A DNA stretch of 63,688 nucleotides, filler included, from Eremomyces bilateralis CBS 781.70 (taxonomy: Eukaryota), in NCBI GenBank assembly GCA_010015585.1. It is 5 parts of 5 records of this genome, joined end to end, with 100 filler letters (N's around TTAATTAATTAA, not from the genome) between each part and the next. Parts side by side here need not be neighbours in the genome. Positions count along the whole stretch, not along the records: positions 21,095 to 39,390 come from ML975205.1; 4 more parts are not named here. One strand, 5' to 3'. Every line of letters begins with the position of its first letter. Position 1 is the first letter of the stretch. The position numbers and the translations under genes are program-made. The notes under the pieces were generated by a model. It made no database searches. It was not told the DNA's origin and saw nothing but the letters and a program-made list of their open reading frames with translations. Shown here in pieces: positions 21,805 to 33,217 of this stretch.

Positions 21805-22346
21805 TTACTTTCGAGCGTGCTTCCTAACCGAAATGAAAGACCCGTCGCACAACCTTTCCACCAGCTCGATATCCTTCGCCTGGAGAGTTACGCGCTTGGC
21901 ATGGATGGCACAGAGGTTGGAATCTACGGTGTGTTAGTTATGTGGTAGTCAGGAGGAAGTAAATAAAAACATACTCTCAAAAAGCTTTACAAGGTATGCT
22001 TCTGATGCTTCTTGGAGCGCCTCGAGCGCAGACCTCTGGAAACGATACCCTCCATCGTAATTGAAGTCACCTGAGATCTCGCGCACAAGTCGAGCAAATG
22101 GCAATTTCGGAATCAGCAGTTCGGTTGATTTTGCCAACTGCTTGATCTCTCGAAGCACAGACACTTAGAGGTTTAGCTACTACTACACCGACTACTACAC
22201 AGAAACTTACTGCCAGGACGTTTGAAGTATGCGCCAGTCTTCGTCTTCCTTACAGGCTTTCTCGAATTCGTAGACCGTTTCCTGGCTGGGGGGCGCTTTC
22301 TGCCAGGAGTGTGCTTTCCGCCGGGGGGGCGGTTTTGAGATGGCAT
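21805..22346 (-). CDS. Divergent histone H3-like protein (147 aa, 3 exons: 22346-22211, 22163-21975, 21923-21805)
   Basis: Spliced product: [147 protein letters not shown]. Clear H3 histone fold with GT-AG introns of 47 and 51 nt. Confidence 0.92.
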
Positions 22347-23117
22347 GGTTATTCGTCGAATCGTTGGTAGAGTTATGACCGTATTGTTTGTTAGGTTTCG
22401 GTTGTAGAGAAGGCTAGGTATGGAGGAGAAAAAGGAAGGTAAAGAGAGAGGACTAGGTTGTTGGTTAGTCGACGTTGTTATGAGTAAAGGTAAGGTTTCT
22501 CACCAGGTTATCACTTCTGAAAATAATTCCAAGTCCTTTTTACCAATAACTCTGGCAAATCTTGATCGTTTTCGACCAAACGAAGTAATCTCAGCGTGGT
22601 AGTACTTGTGGTGGTCACCAAGAGCAATTTCCTCAAGATGGGAGATCTCCTAGGATATATAAAAATTAGTAAGAAGTGAAAATTAATGTCGAAAGTGACA
22701 TTCAAGTGGCTAACCGTCCTGCGAGCTTAATTCTACAAGATTTAAGCTTACTACTGCATTCGAAGTGCGGTAGTATTCGTGGTAGTCGAGTTATGTTATA
22801 AAAGGAAGAAAAACGGGTGAGTTAACGAAAATATCGAGATTTCTAAGTGTTTTGAATTTCTTCGTATTTCACTTCACTTATGAAAACCTAACCAAAATAA
22901 ACTATCCCCCAAACAAAACCTTTACCAAAACAAAACTTTCCTCTTAATGAAACTTTCTTCCCCTTACCCTAACGCCTCCCAATCTTGATTATTTTCCATG
23001 CTAGTTACAAGATTGTAAGAGTTATTAATATTTCAAAAGTGAGAATCTCAATAACTAACTTTCTGCTAGCTTCACCTATCCCATGATCCAGTGACCGGCA
23101 GTCTTAACGAGACGACA

Positions 23118-24547
23118 ATGACGGCTAAGCGGAAGGCGGTGGCCGATCTCTCTACCAATGCGAATACAGCTCGCGAGCGAAAGCGTCGGGATGCCCGGGA
23201 TGCAAGTCGCGTCGAATATGAGAACCGCAAAAAGGCTGATCAGACTGCGGTATCGCGCGCACGGGCAGCTATAGCGCTGTTACCAAATTTCAGGTCGAGT
23301 GGGACCGACAAGCGACAAGAGCTACTTCGTGTAGCGGTCGAACAAGTGACCAACGAAAGGTCAGTTATGTGTACCAGTCAATGTGGTAACTAGTATTTTT
23401 ACTAACTAATCTAGGATTAATCGTGGAGTCCATCACTCGCTCCATCCCCTTGCGGCGGTCCCTGCGACGACTAGGACTGCGCAGGACCCAAAGTTATTTC
23501 TCAATAAGCTCTATCCCGATGCCGATAACGATAGCGATTGGGAAGATCTCCATGAAGATATGGAAACTTCGGTCGATCAGGATTTCGAAATCCTAAACAG
23601 TATGCCCCTCCCGCCAACATTTAATTCGACGGATTTCAGGTTCTGGGCGGAATACAAGCGAACTGTTGCCAAATATGATTTCTATAATCGGATCGAATTG
23701 GGAGAATGGCGTCGCTTTACCAAACGATGGCAACGAGCACGAAAGGCGGTTCTATATAAGAGCCGAGCTATCAACCGAGCGAGAACTTTAGACGGTCGGC
23801 TTAGCCTTGGAAAGCTATGGCTTCTGGTAGACACCGTGGAGATTTTGGTAAGTGTGGTAGTTTATGTGGTAGTCCTATACTAACCGCATTTAGCGATCGA
23901 GTGCCGAACTGCAAAGGCTGATCCGAGCAGATTGGCAATCTTTCGGCTTAAACGCCGAAGACCAAGATTGCGCAGAACTTGAGTGGATAGTTCGTAATGC
24001 CCCGGCGTTGGACGACTGGCTGTCATCTCCGGCGTTCTACTCGAAGGGTCATTTAGATCTTCACCTCGTATGGCCGAAGCTCCCCTTCGCGATTCGATAT
24101 TTTCTCGTAAGTTTAATGCGGTAGTCAGCGTGGTAGTCTCTTTTCGGCTTATTTGACATTTTAAATCAGAACCAGAGCGCCACTTTCTCAACGGCGCCTT
24201 TTGCGCACCAAATTTTCAAGGATCGACACGAGAGAGGCATTTTAATTGGGTTCCTCGCTTGGGCTGGTCGATACCAATATGAATTCCCCTTCCCGGCTTG
24301 CTTGTGGGATGCGCCTGATAACGATGAAAGATGGGGACTTTCTAAGATTAGCGACTCGAAGACGGCTGCCATGATGTATGATGGTTTTAAACTCGTCTTT
24401 AAACCGCCTGGGAACTGCGAAGCCCCCCCTGACGCCTACCGCATCGACTGTCCAATTGATAGAGATGCGATGATCGGAGATGGATACTTGCTATCGCTCC
24501 GCCCTAACGGTGAGCGAGGGAACGCTATTTGGAAAAGGAGGATGTGA
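23118..24547 (+). CDS. Orphan hAT cargo protein ORF2 (~421 aa, 4 exons: 23118-23359, 23415-23847, 23894-24106, 24170-24547)
   Basis: Three GT-AG introns join the ORF-track pieces 23091, 23560 and 24302, plus an intervening exon, into one stop-free frame. Basic helical N-terminus. No recognised domain. Confidence 0.75.
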
Positions 24548-24836
24548 CAAGGCATCTAGCTATTCGATTGATAGGCTGGAACATTGACTACCACACCGAC
24601 TAGTACGCCCTTCGCAGACATAGTTCTGCAGCATATGAATAACGGATTCGGGCAGAATATGGGGGGCTGGTGGACCAGGAATTAATATACATTCTGCTTC
24701 AACCCATTTCCTGTGATGAATTGATAATATTCTATTAAGTACTTCAATCACGATAATACATTACTGCCATACTGACTACCACACTGACTACCACTTTTTA
24801 TCATTACTTAAACCTGTCTTTTACTCTATTTCTAAG

Positions 24837-27738
24837 ATGGCCTCTTTATACACTGATTCAGAGCCGACTGAGCCCCAGTCAAGCTTTACCGAAGCAAGGT
24901 CTGCGATCGAATCGTCCGACGGAATCGGTGTCGATGGTCTCCGGCAGTATACGATCAAAAACACGACATATTATGTTGTTGACCGAGATAACCCCGCGCC
25001 GTTTGACGATTGGTGGAAGAGAACCCAATTCTGCCTTAGGAACAAGGCTAGAGACCCTGACAAGCGGTTTAAGCCAACGTGGGATAGAAAAGTGGTTCGT
25101 TCTGATTACTGGTCCTACTTCGAAGAAATCGCCGAGTCTGCTACAGGGGTTGTTAAGATCCATTGTATCCGCTGTGGTTTTGTTGGGGGCCACCCAGCTG
25201 TAATCACTGAGAGGCTAGACGGCAGTCTCGGATCACGTACTGGCAATTCGACAATGAAGGCGCACCTTCGGTCAGGAAATTGTATGCAGAAAGCTGATAA
25301 CAAGGGCCTAACCCAGTTGACATTTCACGATATTACCGATCCAAGGCGCAAGGTAAGAGACTACTATATGAACTAGTATATACACTTTCCCTAATAGAGT
25401 TTAGGCTAGAGTTGATAGGACCCGAGCTGCCCAATTCCTTGAGGGACAACGGGTTACCTCGAAGCATTTCTTGGATTGTCTGGCTCGAATGATTGTTTCT
25501 CGGGGTATCCCTATGAACTTCTTCGAGGATCCTGAAGTCCAGCGGTCCTATCTCTGCCTAACGACTACTGAACCACCATTTAGTAACCCAAAGAGTCTGC
25601 GGAATCGGATCTTCACTCTCTATGAATCCGCGACGAAGGCAACTCGGGATGATCTTGCCCACCCTGATAGCATCAAACAGAAAATTGGTCTCGCGGTCGA
25701 TGGCTGGTCCGCAAAGTCTGGCCGTACAGGCTATCTTGGAATTCTCGCCTATTGGACCTCGACGGACATGAAATGGCATGAGGCGCTTTTAGCGTTCACG
25801 CCAACTGAGGCTAGGCATTCCGGTCGGGACCTAGCGGAGATGATCATGCAGACACTACTCAAGTTTCGAATTACTGACCGTCTACGCTCAATCACTGCAG
25901 ACAATGCTTCGTCAAATGGCACGATGGTCGCGTCTATCAACGACGAGTTGAAATTTCTGTTGTCGTCACATGGAAGCTTAGACCCGGTCGTATCAATCCC
26001 TTGTATCTCCCATGTTATTCAGCTGGTCCAGGGAGAACTCCTCAAAGGCCTCAAGTGCGTGGCGGAGAATTCGGAGATTATCCGAAACTGGGATGAAAAG
26101 GAGTTTGTGAGGGAGCAGCGCGCAATTGCGTCGTATGGGGCGGTGCCAATTACACTTTGGAAGGTGAGTCTCTACTCCTTGTAAAATGTGGTAGTCAATG
26201 TGGTAGTCATTACTAATATAGTCTAGGCTCGACAGACCGCTAAACACATTGTGGCATCGGAGAAACGACTGAGAGATTTTCTTAAGATCCAGCAGGAGCT
26301 TATCGACCAGGAACACCCGACCCTGGACAAACAGGAGCTCTTCTGGGTTAGCCTGCTCCGGCAACCCCTGCGTCCACTACAAGACGTCAAAACACGATGG
26401 GACTCGACTACGCAGATGCTTGTTCGACTCCGCATTCTTCGCCAACCCCTTGACCGTTACTGGCGTCAGGTTTCGAAGCAGTCGATGGCCCTCGATCCTC
26501 AACAATGGGATATCATCGAATACCTTATTGATATGACCGCTCCACTAAATGCATTTACGCAGTCAATTGGCAGATCGTCGTCCCCATCAATCCACAGAGT
26601 CTACACGATCTACGATACTACATTCGGCCATCTTGAATCTACGATCGATAGACTTAAGAAGAAGCATGCTTCGTGGAAGATTAGCCTCAAGGAGAGCTTG
26701 GTGAATGCCGTAGAGAAGTTGAAGAAGTACTATAGCAGGACTAGTGTTTTTACAGCTCTTGATGAAGCATACGCGTTCTCTTTCCTACTCAGTCCTAGGA
26801 CACGAAATACTGCTTTCACTTCATCGGCTTGGAAAGGGAGGGCTAATAACCGGGGACAAAATTACCGAACAGTCTACATGGGGAGACTGCGGGATCATTG
26901 GGAGGAACACTACAAGGTTGACAACCCAACCCAATCAGAAGAGGGAGCAGCTTATACACGCGGAATTGACTATGTGCGTCAACGGTTGCATCAAGATGTT
27001 CAGCCCACCGAGGGTTCAAACTCTCGATCAATGGACGAGCTAGCAAGATATTTTGACTCTTGTAAGTACATATTCCCCTTTATTCATACTCCGATCTCTT
27101 ACTAATCTTTTAATATAGGCTCGTCAAACAATATTGAACCTCTCGAAGCTTGGCGCGAGAATGGAAACTACATAGCCTACCCAACAGTTGCTCGGATGGC
27201 TCGCGACTACCTTTGTTCTCCGGCAGCATCCGTTGGCGTCGAGCGCCTATTTTTCCTTGCTCGCTGTCAGTCAGAGTTCAATCGGGAGTATAAGAGTGAA
27301 ACACTCGAGGCGATCATGGTGGCCAAGGCGAGGTTGAAGCTTGACTTTCAGATAGAATCCGAGCGTCTCCAAGAGCTGGAGGAAGAGCTAGGTGATATCG
27401 GTGATGCTGATACGTCTACGCTAGACACACTGGTTATAGAATCGGACACTCGTAAGAGGCATACTAATAGTATCCTGCGCGCGACGGGTGAAGGGGAAAT
27501 TCATTTGATCAGCGACGGTGAAGATAGTGAGGATGATGTTGAGGATGACGGGAGGGATAGCGATCCTAATACTGGGGAAGATAGGAGGGACGCTGATCAG
27601 AGCGATGGTCTAGGGGAACCAGACGAGACACTAGATGAGTTAGGTGAAGATTACGATACAGCTGGAGTAGCAAAGAGGACACGAAGTAGTACTATGGCAA
27701 GTGAACCTCAAGACCGTTCGAAGCGGAATAGGTTATAG
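24837..27738 (+). CDS. hAT transposase (~909 aa, exons 24837-25352, 25405-26163, 26227-27061, 27119-27738)
   Basis: BED-like finger (CIRC...HLRSGNC), motifs AVDGWS, ITADNASSN, CISH and TRWDST, and dimerisation domain SVGVERLF. All introns are GT-AG and in frame, with no stops. Confidence 0.93.
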
Positions 27739-28153
27739 ATAGGTTTTCTTCTATTAGAGTACTTTTGAATGAAATTAATTTCTTTCCCTTGACTACCACA
27801 CTTGACTACCACATATGACTACTATATTTAATCCCCTATTCTATCCTACAACCGGATCGTACCTCTAGTTATGCCAAGAAACCCAACCCATCTTGCGGTT
27901 GGGGCTAAACCCGCAGAAAACCCCACCCCGCGGTTCCCCAAGGTTTCTTGGCATGGGGTGGGGTTGGGGCGGGGTTTCTTGGCGTGCGGGTGGGGTTGGG
28001 GTGGGGTTTTGAAATATTGGCTTCCCACCCCAACCCCACCCGCAAACCGGCGGGTGGGGTTGGGTTTGGGTTTGCCAAGAACCCGCACCCAACCCGTTTT
28101 TTGCGGGTTGAACCCGCACCCATCCGAGGCCTAAGATTAACCTTGATCCTGAA

Positions 28154-28307
28154 GAGCCGGATCCTACGAAAACAGGCTGTTCCTGCAGCTATTTTATATG
28201 GTTTAAAATGGTGATCTTTTCCCTAAGAAGGGGAAGAATAGGGGTATAGAATCGAATACGGAATGAAGCCGTGGGGAAACGCCAAGAAACACAGATATTC
28301 TGTGACA
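28154..28307. repeat. LTR-like fragment family E, ending TGTGACA
   Basis: Diverged copy of 55140-55298. It abuts the hAT right end. Confidence 0.75.
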
Positions 28308-28327
28308 AGATAGAAAATGCAGATGGT

Positions 28328-28435
28328 GGCACAAGGCCACAAGGTACCAATGTATGTAATTAGTCAGCTTAGGTAGTTCCCCACATGGGCCTCGCCGAGA
28401 GGCCTGACGGGCGTATGAATCTCTCTGTCTCTCTC
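28328..28435 (+). repeat. SINE-like family D copy
   Basis: ...GGGCCTCGCCGAGAGGCCTGACGGGCGTATGAATCTCTCT, shared with the other D copies. Confidence 0.85.
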
Positions 28436-28451
28436 GTGGCCTTGTATAGTA

Positions 28452-29408
28452 TTAATATACACAGTACGTACTTTTGCATAAAGCACATGCCGCAGCATTA
28501 CACTCCGGACAATGAAAAGTAAATTTAGTGGGAGTCTCTCCACAAAAGATGCAGCTTGCTTCTCCTTTCTTTTTGGGCCAGCCTAGCTGGGGATGAATGC
28601 AATCCCTCGTAGGATGCTGAGTCGCGGGTTGCCCTGGCTTGGCTTGTCGACGCTCCGCGGCTTCTCGTATGCTTGCCCAATTCTGTCGAATTGCGTCCTG
28701 CTTCTCCTCTATCAATATGGACTTAAGCCGCTCCTTCGCAGCCATCTCTCGCTCTTGTCTTGCTCTCTTCGCAGACTCTTCAGACTTTCGTTCCGCCTCC
28801 ATTTCTTTCTGTTTGTGCAACCGTTCTATCGCCGCATGTTCTTGTTCTTCCCTAGCCTTTCGTGCCACCTCCCGTGACCGATATTCCGCCATTCTTTCTC
28901 TCAATTCCCTGTCTCGCGCCAGTCGCTCTTCCTCAGCTCTCCTGCGTGACGCCCTTTCCTCTGCTGCTTTTGCATCCTGCTCTGCTTGTTCCCTAGCGGC
29001 TCGTTGTTCCTCTGCCATCCTACGTGCCCGCTCGGCTTCTCGTCTGAGCTCTTTATTTCGGCGCTGTGTCTCTTGCCATATGCGATATTGGACCCATTCT
29101 CCTCGTAATTGTGGGTAATATGCGTCATATTCCGAGCGCTTTGAAGCATCACGGAGACATTCATAGGCCTCCCTAATCTGACCTGGCGCTTTAGCTTCTC
29201 TCTGCTGTTTAGAATTCTTAGTACTTACCCTGCGAAAATCGTGAGCATCAGTGATCTTCCCTGGAGCTTGTTTGTCTGGATGATGCTTTTTTGCCAGTAA
29301 ATGGTGTGCCCTTTTTATGTCCTGGAACGTTGCTGTTTGCTGTAGACCAAGGGCTAAGTAATAGTCTGACATTTGTGGACGCTCTAGCTCTGGTATAGTC
29401 TCATCCAT
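28452..29408 (-). CDS. DnaJ-domain protein with coiled coil and C-terminal Cys-rich region
   Basis: DYYLALGL...HHPDKQ J-domain. Probable in-frame 51-nt intron after DFRR. C-terminal CxxC pairs. Confidence 0.85.
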   Translation of the reverse strand: MDETIPELERPQMSDYYLALGLQQTATFQDIKRAHHLLAKKHHPDKQAPGKITDAHDFRRVSTKNSKQQREAKAPGQIREAYECLRDASKRSEYDAYYPQLRGEWVQYRIWQETQRRNKELRREAERARRMAEEQRAAREQAEQDAKAAEERASRRRAEEERLARDRELRERMAEYRSREVARKAREEQEHAAIERLHKQKEMEAERKSEESAKRARQEREMAAKERLKSILIEEKQDAIRQNWASIREAAERRQAKPGQPATQHPTRDCIHPQLGWPKKKGEASCIFCGETPTKFTFHCPECNAAACALCKSTYCVY

Positions 29409-29683
29409 ATTTTACAACAAATGCGCATGGCATACCCTAGCAATAACTTTAATCACTGCAACGGTCAAACTTGTGTAGTAGTTAAAACAAGCGTCTATGG
29501 CGGTTCGCGCTTGTTCAGAGTTGATCTGAACCTATTTCTACCGTAAGCAATATCTACTCTACTATGTTTTCTTTTCTGGCTTCTATCCAATCACACACAC
29601 CATATACGTGTATTATCATGATTGGCCGCTGAAGACGCATTCCAGCTTTTCCACAAGCCACTACATATGTATCACCATAGCCC

Positions 29684-29916
29684 TGACACGGTCTGGATGC
29701 GCAAGGTCTGCGATTACCAAGTTCCATTAATCTAAACTGAAGAGAGAGAGAGAGAGAGAGAAGAAATCTCCCGGCACCTTTGTGCGCGAGATAGCGACTC
29801 TCCTCTCCAATGCCCTACTGCTGTGTTACCATGTTTGTTTGCTTCTCTGATATAATCCACCAGCCACGTCTTCAGCCACAACCAAGGGAACAGGCCGCAG
29901 GCCTGGGACCATAACA
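29684..29916 (-). repeat. Solo LTR family B (no matching TSD)
   Basis: Reverse complement of family B. Flanks AGCCC and CTAAA differ. Confidence 0.9.
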
Positions 29917-30269
29917 CTAAAGAACGACTCGTCGAAGAAGATCAGAGTAAACGTAATCACTACGGAGACAATAGATATAGAAGAGTTATGGGACGAGACA
30001 CTTGCCAAGGATGATCAGTACTAGGTTCTCCTTTAGGCCACGAATGAAAAGGCTAGGCGGGTACTATTATAGTACAAGCACTTAAAGCTATCAATTGTCA
30101 TGGGCTGTAAGGACATAAGCCTCCTGTAGTCATGTGACAGGGTCACATGACTAGAACATAGAGAATTAGTATATATGGTTTCCAACCCCAATGACCCCTG
30201 TTTGGGATCATTGTGATCTTTTATGGTCCAATGGTATTAGCGCGGAGGGTTGGTCACGTGTCATTACAG

Positions 30270-30870
30270 TAGAGGAGGACCGTTAAAAAGAGAATTCCTA
30301 TGTAAATGGGAAGGCTATGCGGAACCGACGTAGGAAGCTGCGTAGTATATCGAGGATACAGTAGCGCTAGATGATTACGAACAGAAGACAGGGTGCGATA
30401 TCTTCAATCCTCTTAACCTAGATAATCCCCATTTCTTGCGGAGGAGGGGGCATTGTTATGGTCCCAAGCCTGGGACCTTGGTTGTGGCTAAAGACGTGGC
30501 TGGTGGATTATATCAGAGAAGCAAACAAACATGGTAACAGCAGTATGTGACAGTCTTGGGCTTCGCCCAGTCTGTGTGTTGTGGCCTTGCGGCCTAAGGC
30601 AGAAGGGATGGGTAGACTGTTTGCCCACAGATGTAAATAGCAGATCGCAGTAAGAGAGATCTTCTCCTTCTCTCTTTAGCAATTCAACAGCGTTACCAGC
30701 TTACCAAATCCTTCGTGGTTTGGGCCCATGACACAGTAGGGCATTGGAGAGGAGAGTCGCTATCTCGCGCACAAAGGTGCCGGGAGATTCCTTCTCTCTC
30801 TCTCTCTCTCTCTTCAGTTTAGATTAATGGAACTTGGTAATCGCAGACATTGCGCATCCAGACCGTGTCA
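30270..30870 (+). mobile_element. 3' end of a chromoviral Ty3/gypsy element: chromodomain relic, PPT and 3' LTR family B (30454-30870) with nested LTR A
   Basis: Chromodomain with stops, REFLCKWEGYAEPT*E...ALDDYE. The PPT GGAGGAGGGGG lies just before TGTTATGG. Confidence 0.85.
30546..30733 (+). repeat. Solo LTR family A (188 bp) nested in LTR B
   Basis: TG...CA ends and TSD CAGTA at 30541-45 and 30734-38. Confidence 0.95.
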
Positions 30871-31102
30871 TAGATAGATCAATCAATCACGTATCAATAC
30901 TTCTGCATGAGGCACTGTAGATATAGCGCCGCAGCCTTGCGAACCGACTTAACGTTTCGCCATGCCTCCGACCATAGACAACTCTCCGAAAACACCTGGA
31001 GAATTGGCCACTGATAGGGCATGGTCATAACAGGTCTCCCTAGTGGCAGTGACTTGCCGCTTTCACTAAAGTTGAACTACCAAAACATCGACGAGCGCGA
31101 AG

Positions 31103-31965
31103 ATGGACGGCGAGAACGGGTACGATAGACACCACAGCGAGATCGACGTCGATGGGTTCAATGAGGGTGGACCTGCGAAAACTCCGCTGGCTACGAGCCG
31201 TGCTCAAAGCCCGTATACCCAACACCCTGACATCGATTTCAACGGCTTGAGCTGGCCCAGTAAGTAGCACGCCGGCACGGAGGCAAGATGGCTTACGAGT
31301 ATAAGGCAAGGGCGCCCGTGAGAGGAAGGAAGCTACCGAGCAGGAGAAGGAAGAGCGGCTGTCAAATCTATCCGGTGCCGTAAGGAAAATACTGGACTGC
31401 ATTGGCGAAGATCCCGACCGTGAAGGCCTACGGAATACACCGGATCGCTATGCAAAAGCGCTCCTCTTCTTTACGAAAGGCTACGAAGAAAACTTGCGCG
31501 AAATTGTGAACGGCGCCGTATTCCACGAAGACCACGACGAGCTCGTAATCGTAAAGGATATCGAACTCTTCTCCCTGTGCGAGCATCACCTCGTGCCCTT
31601 CACCGGAAAAGTATGCAAAAAATCACCCCGGTATTTGCGCACTTCATCTAACTCTCAAATAGATGCATATTGGCTATATCCCCAACCGCCGAGTGATCGG
31701 GCTCTCTAAGCTCGCCAGAATCGCCGAGATGTTCTCCCGCCGGCTCCAGGTGCAGGAACGGCTCACGAAACAGGTAGCTCTCGCCCTTTCCGAGGTTCTC
31801 TATCCGCAAGGCATTGCTGTCGTCATGGAGTCTAGCCATCTTTGTATGGTGACGCGTGGCATCCAGAAGACAGGGGCAACCACGACAACCAGCTGCATGC
31901 TCGGCTGCATGCGGTCGATGGCCAAAACCCGAGAAGAATTCTTGAATCTTATCAATCGGAAATAG
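31103..31965 (+). CDS. FOL2: GTP cyclohydrolase I (3 exons: 31103-31259, 31306-31610, 31663-31965)
   Basis: Motifs [55 protein letters not shown] and HLCM. The start codon is uncertain, and this may be a paralogue rather than the housekeeping copy. Confidence 0.92.
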
Positions 31966-33217
31966 AGCGTGTCATTTGTAGTATCATGCAATGGTCTGTC
32001 AGCGTAGTTATTGCTATGAATGGCGTTCGCGCCGGTGTTAATCTACTTAGGTAAGGCCCTTTAAGTCCTGAGAGTGATATACATCCTATTAATATTAGTG
32101 GCAATGGTACTGTCCCACTCTTCAGGCTCTCGATAACATCTACATTCGAACGTTCTGCTTCGCTCCGCCGCTCATCTGTGTGAACTCTTAGCTCAGGTAT
32201 CAGGAAGAGTCAAGCTTCATGCCTCGTTCGACGTATCGTATCTATTTATAAGCGCTGCCCATGCCGCAGGGTGTTCCTGGGGAATGTCAAACATATCCGT
32301 AAGTAGAGCCAGGTTATCATGTATTGGCATGCGGGGTCATACTATCAAGCCTGATTTGTGTCGCCATGCGATTGGACGCGAAATATGCACCCCTCCTTAG
32401 GTCATCTATGTATCATCATCCCATTCCTGACCGGAATTCCACTGCTGGTTTGCACTCTGCGATGACGACGATGAAAGATCGCCGCCAGAAAAGATTTGGT
32501 GTCAACATAGCAATCAACCATCGATTGCTTCTGCTTTTCCGATCAGTTGATTCCCTAGGTACCCAAAGTAGCGTCAGCGGTGAGAGTAGCACTCTTGGAT
32601 GGGGGTTTGGATGTGCGCGATTGGGAAGGCGAAGGTGTGCATTTTCCTTGTAGGACTGAAATCAGGTTGACAAGGTGCTGGAGGTGGGACATTCGACCTT
32701 ATTCGCGCATCACCACGCACAATGCATCAAAAATTACAAGGTCAAATGTGTCGGTCGCTCTTTATGGACGAGGGTCCGTTATGGTGTATCTCGTCAGGAG
32801 ATGCACTCTTTCGGAATTATGTGCCGTAAGGAACAAAGCCTCTTTCGTCGAGGATAGGAAAGACCGATGCCGATACGGTGTACGAGGTCATGTTTCACGC
32901 AGATGTTACTGGGAAAAGATGCTGATGCATAGTAGAATGACGGCTGCTACAATTATCCTGTTGCTTTACTCTGCACGGAAGAATCTGACTGGGCTTCGAC
33001 TGACTACTCACAGATTTATAATGGACGTATGTCTGCTTCAGATCGACATCCGACGAATAGAGCACTAGGATCATAGTATCTGCAATCAGGTATAGTGCCG
33101 CAGGTTTCGCCTCTCGATGTAAACCGCTTCAATACGGCCGTTGACCTCAATAAGGCCCATATCAACCATTGTCGCCATTCCTAATGCGAAATACTCGCAC
33201 ACTCATGCCGAACGGAA

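Larger units (their letters stand above)
21095..28133 (+). mobile_element. Intact ~7.0-kb hAT transposon carrying three genes (H3-like, orphan ORF2, transposase)
   Basis: Terminal 22-bp inverted repeat TAGGCCTCGGATGGGTGCGGGT at 21095-21116 and 28112-28133. Inverted subterminal arrays of CCAAGAAACC/AACCCCACCC span 21095-21370 and 27870-28133. The left TSD cannot be seen because of the gap. Confidence 0.92.

Noticed and set aside
32324..33068. Short ORFs between GCH I and the fusion gene as a third cluster gene
   Set aside because: No recognisable domain or consistent splice model. It may be a decayed gene, but this is unsupported.
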